Shown: positions 10,770-22,828, numbered from the stretch's first letter. The stretch: 64,000 bases of DNA from an uncultured delta proteobacterium (GCA_963796685.1 CAWCMR010000025.1:448001-512000); one strand, 5' to 3'. Translations and numbers: made by a program. Notes: generated from the letters alone by a model not told the origin.

Positions 10770-10881
10770 CTGATCAAGTGACGGAGGTTAAGAAGGCGCA
10801 CTGCACGGGGAGTGGGCATCATAAACCCATTTTCGTCTTTCGAAAAACCGCGCTCTTGCCTGCGGCGCTCTTGCCGCCCTG

Positions 10882-11084
10882 ATCCCGCGACAAGCGCAGT
10901 GCTCTCGCGCTAGGCGGCAGAAAGAGACACCTTTCCACGATGGAGGCTCGCACCCAATCGGAACGGCAAGTGGTGGTCGTAGTCGTCCCCGTGGCCGTGG
11001 CCCGTGGCCGTGGCCGACGAAGATCACTCCGGCCACGGCCACGGCCACGACCACGGCCACGACCTCCCGCGCCTATCGCGGGAT
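10882..11084 (+). repeat. Dispersed ~200-bp element, copy 1 (terminal IR ATCCCGCGA/TCGCGGGAT, internal (GTGGCC)n/(GGCCAC)n hairpin)
   Basis: Shares ATCCCGCGACAAG, CACCTTTCCACGA, CACCCAATCGG and CTATCGCGGGAT blocks with 38201..38394 and partly with 22836..22910. Confidence 0.85.
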
Positions 11085-11138
11085 TATGGTGGCGGCGGAA
11101 GAATGAGAATTGCCCGCGCCCTGTGGTACAGAGACGGG

Positions 11139-12146
11139 GTGAGCGAAGAAGAGAAGAAGGCCTTGGGTTTTCCTGACAAGCCTGACACGCCTGACAAGCC
11201 TGGCAACGACCAGAGCGGCCAGGGCGACCAAATTTTGCGCGGCCTCATCGAAGGCGGCCGGGCACGCATCGTGGCTGCCACCGCGACTGCGGCCGTGCGC
11301 GAAATGGTCCTTCGCCACCAAACCCTTGGCCTTCCCGCGGTGGCCCTTGGGCGCGGAGCCCTCGCCGGCCTGTTGCTCGCGACCCTGACCAAGGACGACG
11401 AGCAGGTCACCTTGCAGATCCTCGGCAACGGTCCGCTCGCCGGCGTGACGGTGGACGCGCGCTCGTCGGGGCGCGTGCGCGGATTCGTCAAGCGTCCGTC
11501 GGCGGTGACCTGGGATCCTGGGCTCGCCTCGGCGCCACGCCTGGCCCTCGGCGATGCCATCGGCAAACAGGGCGTGGTGAGCGTAACCCGCGACCTGGGC
11601 TTGGCCCAGAACTACAGCGGCCAGGTTGCCATGAGCACCGGCGAGATCGACGAGGAGGTCGAACGCTATCTCAACACCAGCGAACAGATCGACAGCGTCC
11701 TGCACTGCGAGACCCTGCTGGATGGCGAGGGCAACGTCCAGGCCGCGGCGGGCTTGCTGGTGCAAACCCTTCCCCAGGCCCGTGGCGAGGCGGTGGTGGA
11801 ATTCCTGCGCGACACCTTGCGCGGTCCGGCCTTCGCCTCGGTTGTCAAGGAGGCGGTGACACGCGACCGTCTCGACCCCGAATTCATCGCACGAAGCGCG
11901 CTTGGCCAGTGCGCGGACGGCATGCAGGTTCTCGACCGGCGCGAGGTCAGGTTCTTCTGTCCCTGCACGCGCGAGCGGGCCAAGTCGACGCTCGGCCTGC
12001 TGAGCCAGCAGGATCTGAAGGAGATGATCCTGGAAACCAACGAGGCCGAGGTGACCTGCAATTTCTGCGGCCAGCAGTACCGATTTTCCGAGATCGACCT
12101 CGAACGCATTCGCCGCAAGCGCGGGAAGCCCCAGGCGCAGAGCTGA
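11139..12146 (+). CDS. hslO: Hsp33 redox-regulated chaperone
   Basis: GNGPL, SEQIDS, AAGLLVQTLP, C-terminal CPC...CNFC zinc motif; start GTG 11139 is tentative. Confidence 0.92.
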   Translation: MSEEEKKALGFPDKPDTPDKPGNDQSGQGDQILRGLIEGGRARIVAATATAAVREMVLRHQTLGLPAVALGRGALAGLLLATLTKDDEQVTLQILGNGPLAGVTVDARSSGRVRGFVKRPSAVTWDPGLASAPRLALGDAIGKQGVVSVTRDLGLAQNYSGQVAMSTGEIDEEVERYLNTSEQIDSVLHCETLLDGEGNVQAAAGLLVQTLPQARGEAVVEFLRDTLRGPAFASVVKEAVTRDRLDPEFIARSALGQCADGMQVLDRREVRFFCPCTRERAKSTLGLLSQQDLKEMILETNEAEVTCNFCGQQYRFSEIDLERIRRKRGKPQAQS

Positions 12147-12181
12147 GTCAAGCCAGGCTCGGTGGTGCTACAGTGGCTGGC

Positions 12182-12394
12182 GTGAGTGGAAATTTCCTAC
12201 TTGCCTCCTTGCTGATCGGCTCCGTCGGGATGGGGCTGTTCATGTACGGCAAACGCCAGCGGCGCGCACCTCACCTCGGCATCGGGATCGTGCTGATGGT
12301 GTACCCATACCTCGTCCCGAGCGTGGCGCTCATGTGCGCCATCGGGGTGGCCCTGGTGGGGCTCCTCTGGCTGGCGTCGTACCTGGGCCTCTAG
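12182..12394 (+). CDS. Small membrane protein
   Basis: 70-aa hydrophobic ORF: GSVGMGLFMYGKRQ...LMVYPY. Confidence 0.7.
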   Translation: MSGNFLLASLLIGSVGMGLFMYGKRQRRAPHLGIGIVLMVYPYLVPSVALMCAIGVALVGLLWLASYLGL

Positions 12395-12419
12395 CCCGCC
12401 TCTAGCCCGCCTCTAGTCC
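12387..12419. repeat. 3 x 11-bp tandem repeat (GCCTCTAGCCC) between convergent stop codons
   Basis: gcctctagccc gcctctagccc gcctctagtcc read directly. Confidence 0.85.
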
Positions 12420-13496
12420 TTAGAGTGAACCCACGATGGCGCGAAGGTCGGAGGCATAGCGACCGCCCGGCGCGAGCTCCAGGTAGCGCTTGTAGGCTTC
12501 CTTGGCGGCCTTGCGGTGTCCCGCGCTCTGCTCGGCCCCGCCGATGAAGACGTAGGCGTCGGCGGCATCGGGATCCGCTGCCAGGGCTTTGCGTCCCCAG
12601 GCCGAGGCTTGCGCACCTCTGCCGCGATCGAATTCGATCTTCGCCAGCACCACGGCGATGTCGGCCGCGCTGGTGTCCGCGGCAAATGCCTCCGGACACG
12701 CGGCCAAGATCTCCTTGCTGCGCTTGTCGCTCATGGCCTTCTTGCAGCGGCTCAGCACATCGGCGGCGCCCGTCGCAGCGGCAGGGGGAGCTGCAGGCAG
12801 GGCCGCTTCTTTGTCTTGCTTGTCTTGCCCGGCGGCCGCCGGCTTCGCTTCCCCGGACGCTGCCACTGCAGGCTGCTCGGCCGCAGCCGGTGCTGCCTGC
12901 CCCGCGGTGGGAGCCGTCTGCGACGGCGCAGTAGCCAGTGATGGCGCAGCGGCTGCTGGTGGTGGAGCGGACCCGGCAGCCTGAGCTTCGGCAACGGCCG
13001 GCACGGGCGACGGAGTCGGCGCGGCCATCGGCTCTGCTTGCGTGGGCGCCGCGGCGGCGGACGGATTCCCGGCGGTCGGCGCTGCCTGCGCGGCTGGTGG
13101 GACGGCCGCGGGATCCGCCTGTGCGGGCGCCGCGACCGGGGTGGGGCTCACGCTAGCCGCCGGCTCTGCCTGCGTGGGCGAGGCCATGGCCACTGCGGTG
13201 GCGGGATGCGACTTGGCGCGGCTGCTACGCCACAAAGCGAGGCAGCCGATGATGGCGATGCACGTGCTGCCGACGGCAACGCCCATCATGAACTGGCGCG
13301 AGGGCATGAGCTTCTTGCGAAGGGACGACTCGTCGAAGTCGTCGAAACGCTCGACCTCGACCCCGACGCCGGCGCTCACGTCGTCGCCCTGCTGGAAGAA
13401 CTTGGTTTCGAAGGTGTCGAACTGGCGCTTGGAACCGCCCTGGATGGAAGGGGTGGCGTCAGGCGCTAGCGAGCCACTGTCAGTCTTTGGATTCAT
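12420..13496 (-). CDS. Single-TM protein with Pro/Ala linker and C-terminal TPR-like domain
   Basis: One hydrophobic segment, low-complexity PA linker, ALAADPDAADAYVFIG...AYKRYLELAP. Confidence 0.75.
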   Translation of the reverse strand: MNPKTDSGSLAPDATPSIQGGSKRQFDTFETKFFQQGDDVSAGVGVEVERFDDFDESSLRKKLMPSRQFMMGVAVGSTCIAIIGCLALWRSSRAKSHPATAVAMASPTQAEPAASVSPTPVAAPAQADPAAVPPAAQAAPTAGNPSAAAAPTQAEPMAAPTPSPVPAVAEAQAAGSAPPPAAAAPSLATAPSQTAPTAGQAAPAAAEQPAVAASGEAKPAAAGQDKQDKEAALPAAPPAAATGAADVLSRCKKAMSDKRSKEILAACPEAFAADTSAADIAVVLAKIEFDRGRGAQASAWGRKALAADPDAADAYVFIGGAEQSAGHRKAAKEAYKRYLELAPGGRYASDLRAIVGSL

Positions 13497-13599
13497 TTGG
13501 TTGCCTAGTCCGGGCGGTTTGAGCGAAGCTTAGAACGAAGTCATCAAAGGAACGAGCCATCGAACGTCGATTTCCACGACACGGGGTGTTTTCCAGCAC

Positions 13600-14283
13600 A
13601 TGAAAAATCAGCTCGTTCTCGGCATCGACGAAGCAGGCCGTGGCCCAGGGCTTGGTCCCCTGGTGCTGGCCGCGGTCGCTCTCGATGCTGATGCAGAAAG
13701 GGTGCTCGCGCAAGCCGGGGTGAGGGACTCCAAGGGGTTCGGCTCGACCAGCGCGGGGCGACAGGCGCGCGCCGAGCTGGCCACCCTGATCCGCGAGCAC
13801 GCGCCCTGGTGCGCGGTCGAAGTCTGCGAAGTGCCCGAGGTGGACGCGTACGTCGCGCGCTCGCAGCTCAACCTGCTCGAGCGCGAACGCGCCGAGATGC
13901 TCATTGGCCGGGCGCCAGCATGCGCGCGCATCATCGCCGACGGCCGCGTCCTCTTTGCGCCTCTCGTCGTGCGGTATCCGCACCTCGAGGCCGTGGATCG
14001 AGCCGAATCGGCGCACACGGCGGTGGCGGCAGCCAGCATCTGCGCCAAGGTGCTGCGCGACGAGCTGTTCGAGACCATCGCCAGTCGCTATGAGCCCGAG
14101 TTCGGTGCCCTGCGCGGCGGCGGATACGTCAACCCGGCGACGCTGGCCTTCGTGGCCGAGTACGTGCGGCGCCATGGCCAATTGCCCCCCGAGGCACGCA
14201 AGAGCTGGCCGTGGCGTGGCGTGCCCGACCTCCCCTGTCACAATTCCCCCACAACGGCTTTGCCTGCGCCGTGGGTGCGCTAG
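13600..14283 (+). CDS. rnhB: Ribonuclease HII
   Basis: GIDEAGRG, DSK, VAAASICAKVLRD, GGY motifs. Confidence 0.9.
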   Translation: MKNQLVLGIDEAGRGPGLGPLVLAAVALDADAERVLAQAGVRDSKGFGSTSAGRQARAELATLIREHAPWCAVEVCEVPEVDAYVARSQLNLLERERAEMLIGRAPACARIIADGRVLFAPLVVRYPHLEAVDRAESAHTAVAAASICAKVLRDELFETIASRYEPEFGALRGGGYVNPATLAFVAEYVRRHGQLPPEARKSWPWRGVPDLPCHNSPTTALPAPWVR

Positions 14284-14299
14284 TATACCCCGCCTTACG

Positions 14300-14818
14300 A
14301 TGACCATGACACACACCGCCGAGCTCTCGGTCGACGCAACTCGAGACGCAACTCCCGAAGCTGTCGTCCTCGACGAGCTGCACATGCGCACGGCCCTGGC
14401 CGCCGCCGAAAGGGCTACGCTGTCGGGAGAGGTTCCGGTAGGCGCCGTGGTCGTGGTGCGCGGCGAGGTCATCGCGGTCGCGCACAACCAGCGCGAGACC
14501 AAGAACGACCCGACTGCCCACGCCGAGATCGTCGCTCTGCGCGCAGCCGCGGCCGCACTGAACAGCTGGCGCCTGGTGGACGCGGACCTGTATGTCACCA
14601 TGGAGCCGTGCCCCATGTGCGCAGGCGCCATCGTCAACGCGCGGGTGCACCGCCTGGTTTACGGCTGCGACGATCCCAAGGCTGGGGCGGTTCGAACGTT
14701 GTTCCAGCTCCTTGACGACCAGCGCCTCAACCACCGCGTGGACGTGGTGCCCGGCGTCCTCGGCGTCGAGAGCGCGGCCCTGCTCAAATCCTTTTTCTCG
14801 CGCCTGCGCCTACGGTAG
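14300..14818 (+). CDS. tadA: tRNA adenosine(34) deaminase
   Basis: GEVPVGAV, DPTAHAE, EPCPMCAGA, DPKAGA, LNH. Confidence 0.95.
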   Translation: MTMTHTAELSVDATRDATPEAVVLDELHMRTALAAAERATLSGEVPVGAVVVVRGEVIAVAHNQRETKNDPTAHAEIVALRAAAAALNSWRLVDADLYVTMEPCPMCAGAIVNARVHRLVYGCDDPKAGAVRTLFQLLDDQRLNHRVDVVPGVLGVESAALLKSFFSRLRLR

Positions 14819-14822
14819 CTGC

Positions 14823-14844
14823 GAGCCCGGCGCGCCGGGCTCTT
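14823..14844 (+). terminator. GC-rich hairpin right after tadA
   Basis: Perfect palindrome GAGCCCGGCGCGCCGGGCTC followed by only TT. Confidence 0.5.
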
Positions 14845-14872
14845 GACGCGAAGGCACGATGGGGGTTACGAT
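14843..14872 (+). promoter_or_regulatory. Candidate sigma70 promoter for the Cys-rich lipoprotein gene
   Basis: TTGACG-18 nt-TACGAT. Confidence 0.4.
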
Positions 14873-15034
14873 AGACATCTGCACGCCAGAAGCCGAGGCT
14901 CCGACCTTGAAGCCTTGGAGCAAGCAGAGCGACATGCGCGATAATCGAGTAAATCGGTTCCGAATAGAATCTTTCTGCGCGCACACGGGAAGGCGCCACG
15001 TCGGCCGTAACATCAAATAGCTAGGAGAATTGGC

Positions 15035-16550
15035 ATGGGTAAACAGAGGACCTGGTCTACATCCGTTTTCGTGTGGCTCTTCGGGCTCGCGAGCGCTTTC
15101 GCCGCTTGTGGCGGAGGCTCCGGCAATCCCGGTGGCACTGGCGGTACGGTCGGACCGTCCACCCTGCCTGCGGGCACGGGCGTTTGCCAAAACACCTGTA
15201 CCAAGGACTGCAACCAAGACCAGGATTGCGATATGAGCACAGGGGAACTGTGCTGCAACCTTGCGCCGGCAGGTAAGACCTGCTTGCCAGCCGCCGAATG
15301 TCCCAAGCAGTGCAGCTCGGACACCCAGTGTGATACCGCCAGCGGTCAGTCTTGTGGCCGTCTCAGTCTTGCGGTTCCCCAACTCTACTGTTCCGATGCG
15401 AGCAGCACCATTCGGGCGTGCAGCAGCGACAGCAATTGTTCGACGGGCGATGTGTGCTGCACCATCTACAACCAGCCCATCTGTTTGCCGCCCTCGGAGT
15501 GCCCCAAGGCCTGTTCCGACAGCACCGCGTGCAACACGACGAACGGCGAGATCTGCTGTACCTCGGTCCGCAGCATCGAAGCCAACCTGAGCGTCGACGG
15601 TTTGTGCCTGAACCCGACCTACGAGAAATGTCCCCAGACCTGCACCACCTCGGCGGATTGCAATTCGGCTTCCGGATTGCTCTGCTGCAACGGCCTCTGC
15701 GCCTCGACCTGTGAGAAGACCTGCACGCAAAGCAGCGATTGCACGGGTCAGATCTGCTGCAAGTCTGCGCTGACCCGAATCGATTCACTGAGCACGCACG
15801 TGTTTACGGTCGGACCGACCTGCAAGGGAACGCCCTATTCCTGCTCGCTGTGTGCATCTTACGGGACGTGCACGCTGTGCCCAGGCTGTAGCTACCCGAC
15901 GGGGGGAACGTGCAGCGGAACGCCGGATTCATGCTCCTATTGCGCATCCTACAATGGCTCGTGCAGCAGCTGCCCGGGCTGCACGTCAACTGGGACAAGC
16001 GGATGCAGCGGGACGCCTTACTCGTGCGCAGAGTGCGGAGCGTACTCCGGATGCAGCTCCTGCCCCGGGTGCAGCCTCTGGCACGGCAGGATCCTGCACG
16101 TCGCTGCTCTCGTCGTCCTATCCGTGCTCGACCTTCGATTACGACAGCTCCACGTGTGCGTCCATGACTGGCTGCACCTACAACTCGAGCACCAGCTTGT
16201 GCACGGGTACGCCCGTCGCCTGTACGAGCATCACATCCGCCACCGAATGCGATAGCGACATTGTGTGCATGTGGTCGTCGAGCAGCTGCACGGGCACGCC
16301 CACGCCCTGTTCCAGTATCACCACCTCGAGCACCTGCTACGCCAACCCGGGATGTTCCTACTCTTCCTCCGGGACCTGCACGGGCACGCCCACGCCTTGC
16401 TCAGGCCTCACCTCCAGCACCTGCGACCAGAATCCTGGTTGTTACTACTCATCCTCTTCCTCGTGTTCGGGCACGCCCACGGCGTGCAGCCAACTGTCCA
16501 CGACCACCTGTAGCTCGAACCCAGGTTGCTATCTGAGCACGACTCCCTAG
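15035..16550 (+). CDS. Very Cys-rich repetitive lipoprotein; frameshift near 16075
   Basis: RBS AGGAG, lipobox FAAC; Cys-rich repeats (CC-containing units, then CxGTPxxC units) continue in the next frame after AGCCT at ~16073. Confidence 0.78.
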
Positions 16551-16692
16551 CCTGCGTGGTACGTGAGTGCCGTCGGACCCGGCCCGTCGGCGCTCACGAA
16601 GCTTGGCGCGATGACCTTGGGGCACGTGGTCGGAGGTGCCCCGTGAAACGCGCCGGATGGGCAGCTGTCGCACCCTGCCTCTGCGCCCTTCT

Positions 16693-17475
16693 TCACCTCT
16701 GCGCTCTCTCCGAACCGGGACGGGGCGCGGTGGTCATGGGCTCCTTGAGCCCCCGCTGCTCGCGGCTGCGCAGGTCGGTGATGGCGCCGGCCAAAGCCGT
16801 GGCGATGGCGCGCTGGCCTTCCTCGGAAAGTAGATACGGTCCCTCCTCGGGGTGGTCGAGAAAGCCGATCTCCACCAACACCGCGGGCATCTCAAGCCCT
16901 TGCAAGACATCGAGGGTCGCGCCTTCTTGCTTGATGCCGCGGTCACAATCGTGCCCCAAGGCATCCGCAAGACGCCATTCGATGCGGCGGGCGGCGGCCA
17001 GGCTTTGTTCCGCTGCGGCCCTCATCTGGTGGCCGGCCCAGGCTGCTTCGCTGTCATCGGGGGCAAGCAACGCCACGCGAGCCACCTCCTTGTCTACTTC
17101 ATCGACCGGTAACAGATAGATCTCGAATCCCTCTTGGCTGCCCGGCTTCTCCGCGGGGCCGGCGGCGTTCGCGTGCAGGCTGATGAAGAGCCGCGCCCTT
17201 GCCTGGTTTCCGCAGCGCACGCGCGCCCGGATGGGCAAGTACGCGTCGGTGTCGCGGCAAAGCACGACCTTGAGATCCTTTTCGGAGGCCAGCATGCGCT
17301 GCACGCGCTTGGCGATGGCCAGGGTCAGGTGCTTTTCGAAGTAGCCCGGCCTCTGCGTGGGCGCCCCGCGATTCGATCCGCCATGTCCCGGATCGATGAC
17401 CACGATGAACCCTGGCGCACCCGCACCCGCCGAGAGGAGCAGCGAGAACGCAAGGGTGACGACGCCGAAGGCCAT
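16693..17475 (-). CDS. N-acetylmuramoyl-L-alanine amidase (Amidase_3)
   Basis: VIDPGHGG, EK, FISLHAN, PAVLVEIGFLDHPEE. Confidence 0.92.
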   Translation of the reverse strand: MAFGVVTLAFSLLLSAGAGAPGFIVVIDPGHGGSNRGAPTQRPGYFEKHLTLAIAKRVQRMLASEKDLKVVLCRDTDAYLPIRARVRCGNQARARLFISLHANAAGPAEKPGSQEGFEIYLLPVDEVDKEVARVALLAPDDSEAAWAGHQMRAAAEQSLAAARRIEWRLADALGHDCDRGIKQEGATLDVLQGLEMPAVLVEIGFLDHPEEGPYLLSEEGQRAIATALAGAITDLRSREQRGLKEPMTTAPRPGSERAQR

Positions 17476-17609
17476 GGAAGGCCAGCTTAGCAGTGGCAGG
17501 GAGGGACCTCCATTTCAATCCCCGAGGAACGCCTGGCCAACGCTTGGCGAACGCCTGGTGGATCGTCGGGGTTCAAGATTCCAAGGGGAACCGGCGATCA
17601 AGTACCAGC

Positions 17610-18899
17610 ATGAAATCCGCGTTTGCATCTCTCGCTCTGGCTGGCGCAAGCCTCGTGCTGGCACTGCCGGGCACGGCCACGGGCGAGCTTGCGTCGGGGC
17701 TGCACAAGACCGTGGTGACGGTGGAAGCACCGGTGGCCATTCCGCTCAGCGAGCCCTTGCGCGATCGCTTTGGCCTGGGCACCATGCCCGCGCTCTCCGC
17801 TGCCGTCCCGGTTGGGCCGTGGACGCTCCTCGGGCTGCGGCTGCGCGGCGGCTTCCTTGCCAACGGGCCGGCGCCCACCAATCCCGCCATCAAGGATCCG
17901 GGCACGGGCGGTCTCGTGGCGCTGACGGCATTGGCCAGGTTTCGGCCGCTGGCCGGGCACCATCCCGATTCGCGCGCCGTGGGCCCGTGGATCGAGGTCG
18001 GCGCGGGGGCCGGTCTGACCGGCAGCCTCACGCGCGCCGTGGCCGAGGCCGCGGTGGGCTGGAATTTCCAGTGGCGTCCCGTGACCTTCGGTCCCTCGCT
18101 GCGCTACCTGCAGGTGGTGCAGCCGGCGAGCAGTCTCGACAGCGCGGACGCGCAGCTCGTGCTCGCGGGCCTGGACATCGTCCTGCACGACACACACCAG
18201 GCCCAAGCGACGACGCCTGTCGTGCCGCGCGACGTGTCCGTCGAAGTGGCCAAGGCTTCGGATCGCGACGGCGACGGCATTCCCGACGCGCTCGACAAGT
18301 GCCCCGACGAGCCCGAGGATAGAGATGGCTTCGAGGACGAGGACGGCTGCCCCGATCCCGACAACGACAAGGACGGCATCCCCGACGCCGCCGACGCCTG
18401 CCCGAACCAGCCCGAAACCGTGAACGGATTCCAGGATGAGGATGGCTGCCCGGACAGCGCGCCTATCGTGGTGAAGGAGAACCGCATCCTCCTCACCGAG
18501 CTGGTGCTGTTCGACACCAATCGGGCGCGGGTGAATGCCGAAGGCCGCCCCGCCTTGGCCGCGGTGCTGAACCTTTGGAAGCAGCATCCCGAGTGGGACT
18601 ACCTGGTGGTCGATGGTTACGCCGATCACCGCGGCCCCGACGGCTTCAATCTCTGGCTCAGCCACTTGCGCGCCGAGCGCGCCATCAAGGTGTTGGTCGA
18701 GATGGGCTTCCCCATCGACAAACTGCGCATCCGGGCCTTCGGCCACCGCCAGCTGCGCGTCCCGGGCGACACCGAGGAAGCCGACAGACAGAACCGGCGG
18801 GTCGAGTTCGTCATCGTCAAGAAAGGCGAAGCTCCCGGACCCGACGCCGCGCCCACCGAACCGCCGGCCCAGGCACAAACAGGAGCTGACGAGCCATGA
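17610..18899 (+). CDS. OmpA-family outer-membrane protein with TSP3 repeats
   Basis: Signal peptide from ATG 17610; DRDGDGIPDALDKCP, DGFEDEDGCP; GYAD, LSHLRA, NRRVEF. Confidence 0.88.
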   Translation: MKSAFASLALAGASLVLALPGTATGELASGLHKTVVTVEAPVAIPLSEPLRDRFGLGTMPALSAAVPVGPWTLLGLRLRGGFLANGPAPTNPAIKDPGTGGLVALTALARFRPLAGHHPDSRAVGPWIEVGAGAGLTGSLTRAVAEAAVGWNFQWRPVTFGPSLRYLQVVQPASSLDSADAQLVLAGLDIVLHDTHQAQATTPVVPRDVSVEVAKASDRDGDGIPDALDKCPDEPEDRDGFEDEDGCPDPDNDKDGIPDAADACPNQPETVNGFQDEDGCPDSAPIVVKENRILLTELVLFDTNRARVNAEGRPALAAVLNLWKQHPEWDYLVVDGYADHRGPDGFNLWLSHLRAERAIKVLVEMGFPIDKLRIRAFGHRQLRVPGDTEEADRQNRRVEFVIVKKGEAPGPDAAPTEPPAQAQTGADEP

Positions 18900-20317
18900 G
18901 CGCGCGACGCGGAGTGCTTTGGCTGGCGTTGCTGGCCCTCCCGGCGTGCCTCGACCCCATCGTGGGAACCGAGTGTGCGACCGGCTACTCGCCTTGCCAC
19001 GGGACGTGCACGGCCAGCGGAACCTGTGTGGGCCTCGATGCCGCAAGCGCGACGGTACCCGACGCCGAGGCCATCGACGCGGTCGCTACGCTCGACAACG
19101 CGGCCTCGGATACGGAGGGTGTCCAACCGGAGGACGCCCAATCAGAAGATGCCCAACCGATCGACGACGGGCAGACCGTCGAGGGCGAACCGCCAGACGC
19201 GGTCATCGCGGCGGACGTACCCGTGCAGGATGATGTTCTGTCGCAAGACGATATCCCCTTGAGCGACGATGGCAGTCCTTCGCCTATCCTCATCGTCGAC
19301 GCGGCCGTGGAGCAAGAAACACCGGAAAGCGGCGTCTTTTGCACGGACTGCGTAGACGCGGAAGGCACCGATGCCGACGCCGGCGAGGCCGGCAGCTACG
19401 ACGCCGACCCTTCGCTGGCCATCGACGGTGCCCTGGTGTGCGCCGACCCGCAGGTGCTCTGCGGCGATCAGTGCGTGGACCCGTCCTTGGATCCCGAGAA
19501 TTGCGGAGTCTGCAACAATCTCTGCGCCTCCGGCGTGTGCAACGACGGCAATTGCCTGATGTGTCTGGCCGAGGAGTCCGTGTGCGGGCGGCGGTGTGTG
19601 AACCTGGCCACCGACCCCGACAACTGCGGGCTCTGCGACCTTGCATGCATGAGCGGCCTGTGCAGCGACGGTCTGTGCGAAGCCGCGGGCACGGGGCGCG
19701 CCATCGTCCTTGGCCACGACTACCTCAAGAACCGGCCGGCCATGAATCGCATCCTGGGGAACGCCGTCTTCTTGTGGCCCGTCAATCCGGTTCACCTGCT
19801 GGTCTACGAAGGCAATGCCAACGCTGCCGCCATCGCGGGTGCCGACGCGGCCATCGCCCAAGTGGCCAATGCCACCGGCCGACAGTGGGTACGCACGGCC
19901 GCCGCCGCCGCCGATGTCCCTGCCCAGCTCGCCGCCACCGACGTCTTTCTCATCTATGGTCAAGAGCTGGCCGACGATGCGACGCTTGGCCAGCTCGGCT
20001 CGGATTGGTCCGCGGCGCTGCTGGCCTTCATGAGCGCGGGAGGGACCGTGGTGCTGTTGGACGGCGCCTACGCGGGCAACAGCGGGACCTGCCAGATTCT
20101 GGCGGGGCCGGGCCTCTTTCAGGTCACGCGCTCGGATTCGGTGACGGGTGACGTGTGCACGGTGGTCGCCCGCGGCGATGCCCTGGCCACCGGGTTGCCG
20201 CGGACGTACCTGTGCGAAGAGAACAGCACCAGCTTTGTCGTCACCGATTTATCGGATAACATCACGGCGGTTGTCCAGGATGTCGATCGAACGGTCGTCG
20301 TACGCAAGCTCTTCTAG
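18896..20317 (+). CDS. Cys-rich lipoprotein (acidic linker, CVDxxxDPxNCGxC repeats, C-terminal globular domain)
   Basis: Lipobox LPAC; two DPENCG/DPDNCG modules; ATGA overlap with the ompA gene. Confidence 0.82.
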   Translation: MSARRGVLWLALLALPACLDPIVGTECATGYSPCHGTCTASGTCVGLDAASATVPDAEAIDAVATLDNAASDTEGVQPEDAQSEDAQPIDDGQTVEGEPPDAVIAADVPVQDDVLSQDDIPLSDDGSPSPILIVDAAVEQETPESGVFCTDCVDAEGTDADAGEAGSYDADPSLAIDGALVCADPQVLCGDQCVDPSLDPENCGVCNNLCASGVCNDGNCLMCLAEESVCGRRCVNLATDPDNCGLCDLACMSGLCSDGLCEAAGTGRAIVLGHDYLKNRPAMNRILGNAVFLWPVNPVHLLVYEGNANAAAIAGADAAIAQVANATGRQWVRTAAAAADVPAQLAATDVFLIYGQELADDATLGQLGSDWSAALLAFMSAGGTVVLLDGAYAGNSGTCQILAGPGLFQVTRSDSVTGDVCTVVARGDALATGLPRTYLCEENSTSFVVTDLSDNITAVVQDVDRTVVVRKLF

Positions 20318-20335
20318 CCCGCACTCTTCACCACC

Positions 20336-21754
<1,419 letters not shown>

Positions 21755-21762
21755 GGAAGACC

Positions 21763-22828
21763 ATGGCACGCCTCGACGAGCTCTTTCGCTTCCTCAAAGA
21801 TACCAAGGGATCGGACCTGCACCTCGGCGCGGGCCTCGCGCCGCGTATCCGCCGCCATGGGCACCTGGAAAAGGTGCCCGACTGGCCGGTGCTGGGCGAT
21901 GCGGATCTGAGACGAGCTGCTGGGCGAGATCGCGTCGCCCAAGCAATGGGAACACTACACGGCGAACCTGGACCTGGATTTCGCCTACGGCCTCGAAGGC
22001 GTGGCGCGCTTTCGCGCCAACTACCTCAATCAGGAAAACGGCGCGGGCGCGGTCTTTCGCATCATCCCCGAGGAGATCATCCCGATCGACAAGCTGAACC
22101 TGCCGCCCGCCACGCTGGAGTTGGCGAATCTCGAACATGGCCTGGTCCTGGTCACCGGTCCGACGGGCTCGGGCAAATCGACCACGCTGGCGTCCATCAT
22201 CGACAGGATCAACCAGACCCACGACCGCCACATCGTGACCATCGAAGACCCCATCGAGTTCGTGCACCCCAACAAGAAGTCCACCATCTCGCAGCGCGAG
22301 GTCGGCACGGACACCGAGAGCTTCGCGTCGGCGCTGCGCGCCGCCATCCGCCAGGATCCGAACGTCATTCTCGTCGGAGAAATGCGCGACTTCGAAACCA
22401 TCTCGCTGGCCATCACCGCCGCCGAAATGGGCGTGCTGGTCTTCGGCACACTGCACACCAACAGCGCCAGCAAGACCATCGACCGCGTGATCGACGTGTT
22501 CCCCACCGATCAACAGCGCCAGGTGCGCTCCATGCTGGCTTCGTCCCTGGCCGCAGTAGCATCGCAGTTGCTCCTGCGTACCGCCGACGGCCAGGGCCGC
22601 GTCGCAGCCCTGGAGTTGCTCCTGCGCACCTCGGGCCTGGCCAACGTCATCCGCGAGGGCAACACCCCGATGATCAACTCCATCATCCAAGGTGGCAAGA
22701 GGGATGGCATGCAGTCCATGGACGACGCCCTCTACGCCTTCGCCAAGGAAGGCCGTATCTCCGGCGAAGACGCCTGGCTCAAAGCCAGCAACAAAAAGCG
22801 CTTCGAGGAATTCGCCCCGCCGGGCTAG
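21763..22828 (+). CDS. pilT: Second PilT-family ATPase; frameshift near 21910
   Basis: GSDLHL N-terminus in one frame; ELLGEI...DLDFAY..RFRANY, GPTGSGKSTT, RQDP, GEMRD, TLHT in the +1 frame. Confidence 0.88.

Noticed and set aside
10788-11060. Minus-strand ORF sharing PIGCxxPSWKGxxF...CRGI with ORF 37993..38358
   Set aside because: Both overlay the dispersed repeat; many substitutions are non-synonymous, there is no shared start and copy 3 is truncated, so the similarity is better explained at DNA/RNA level
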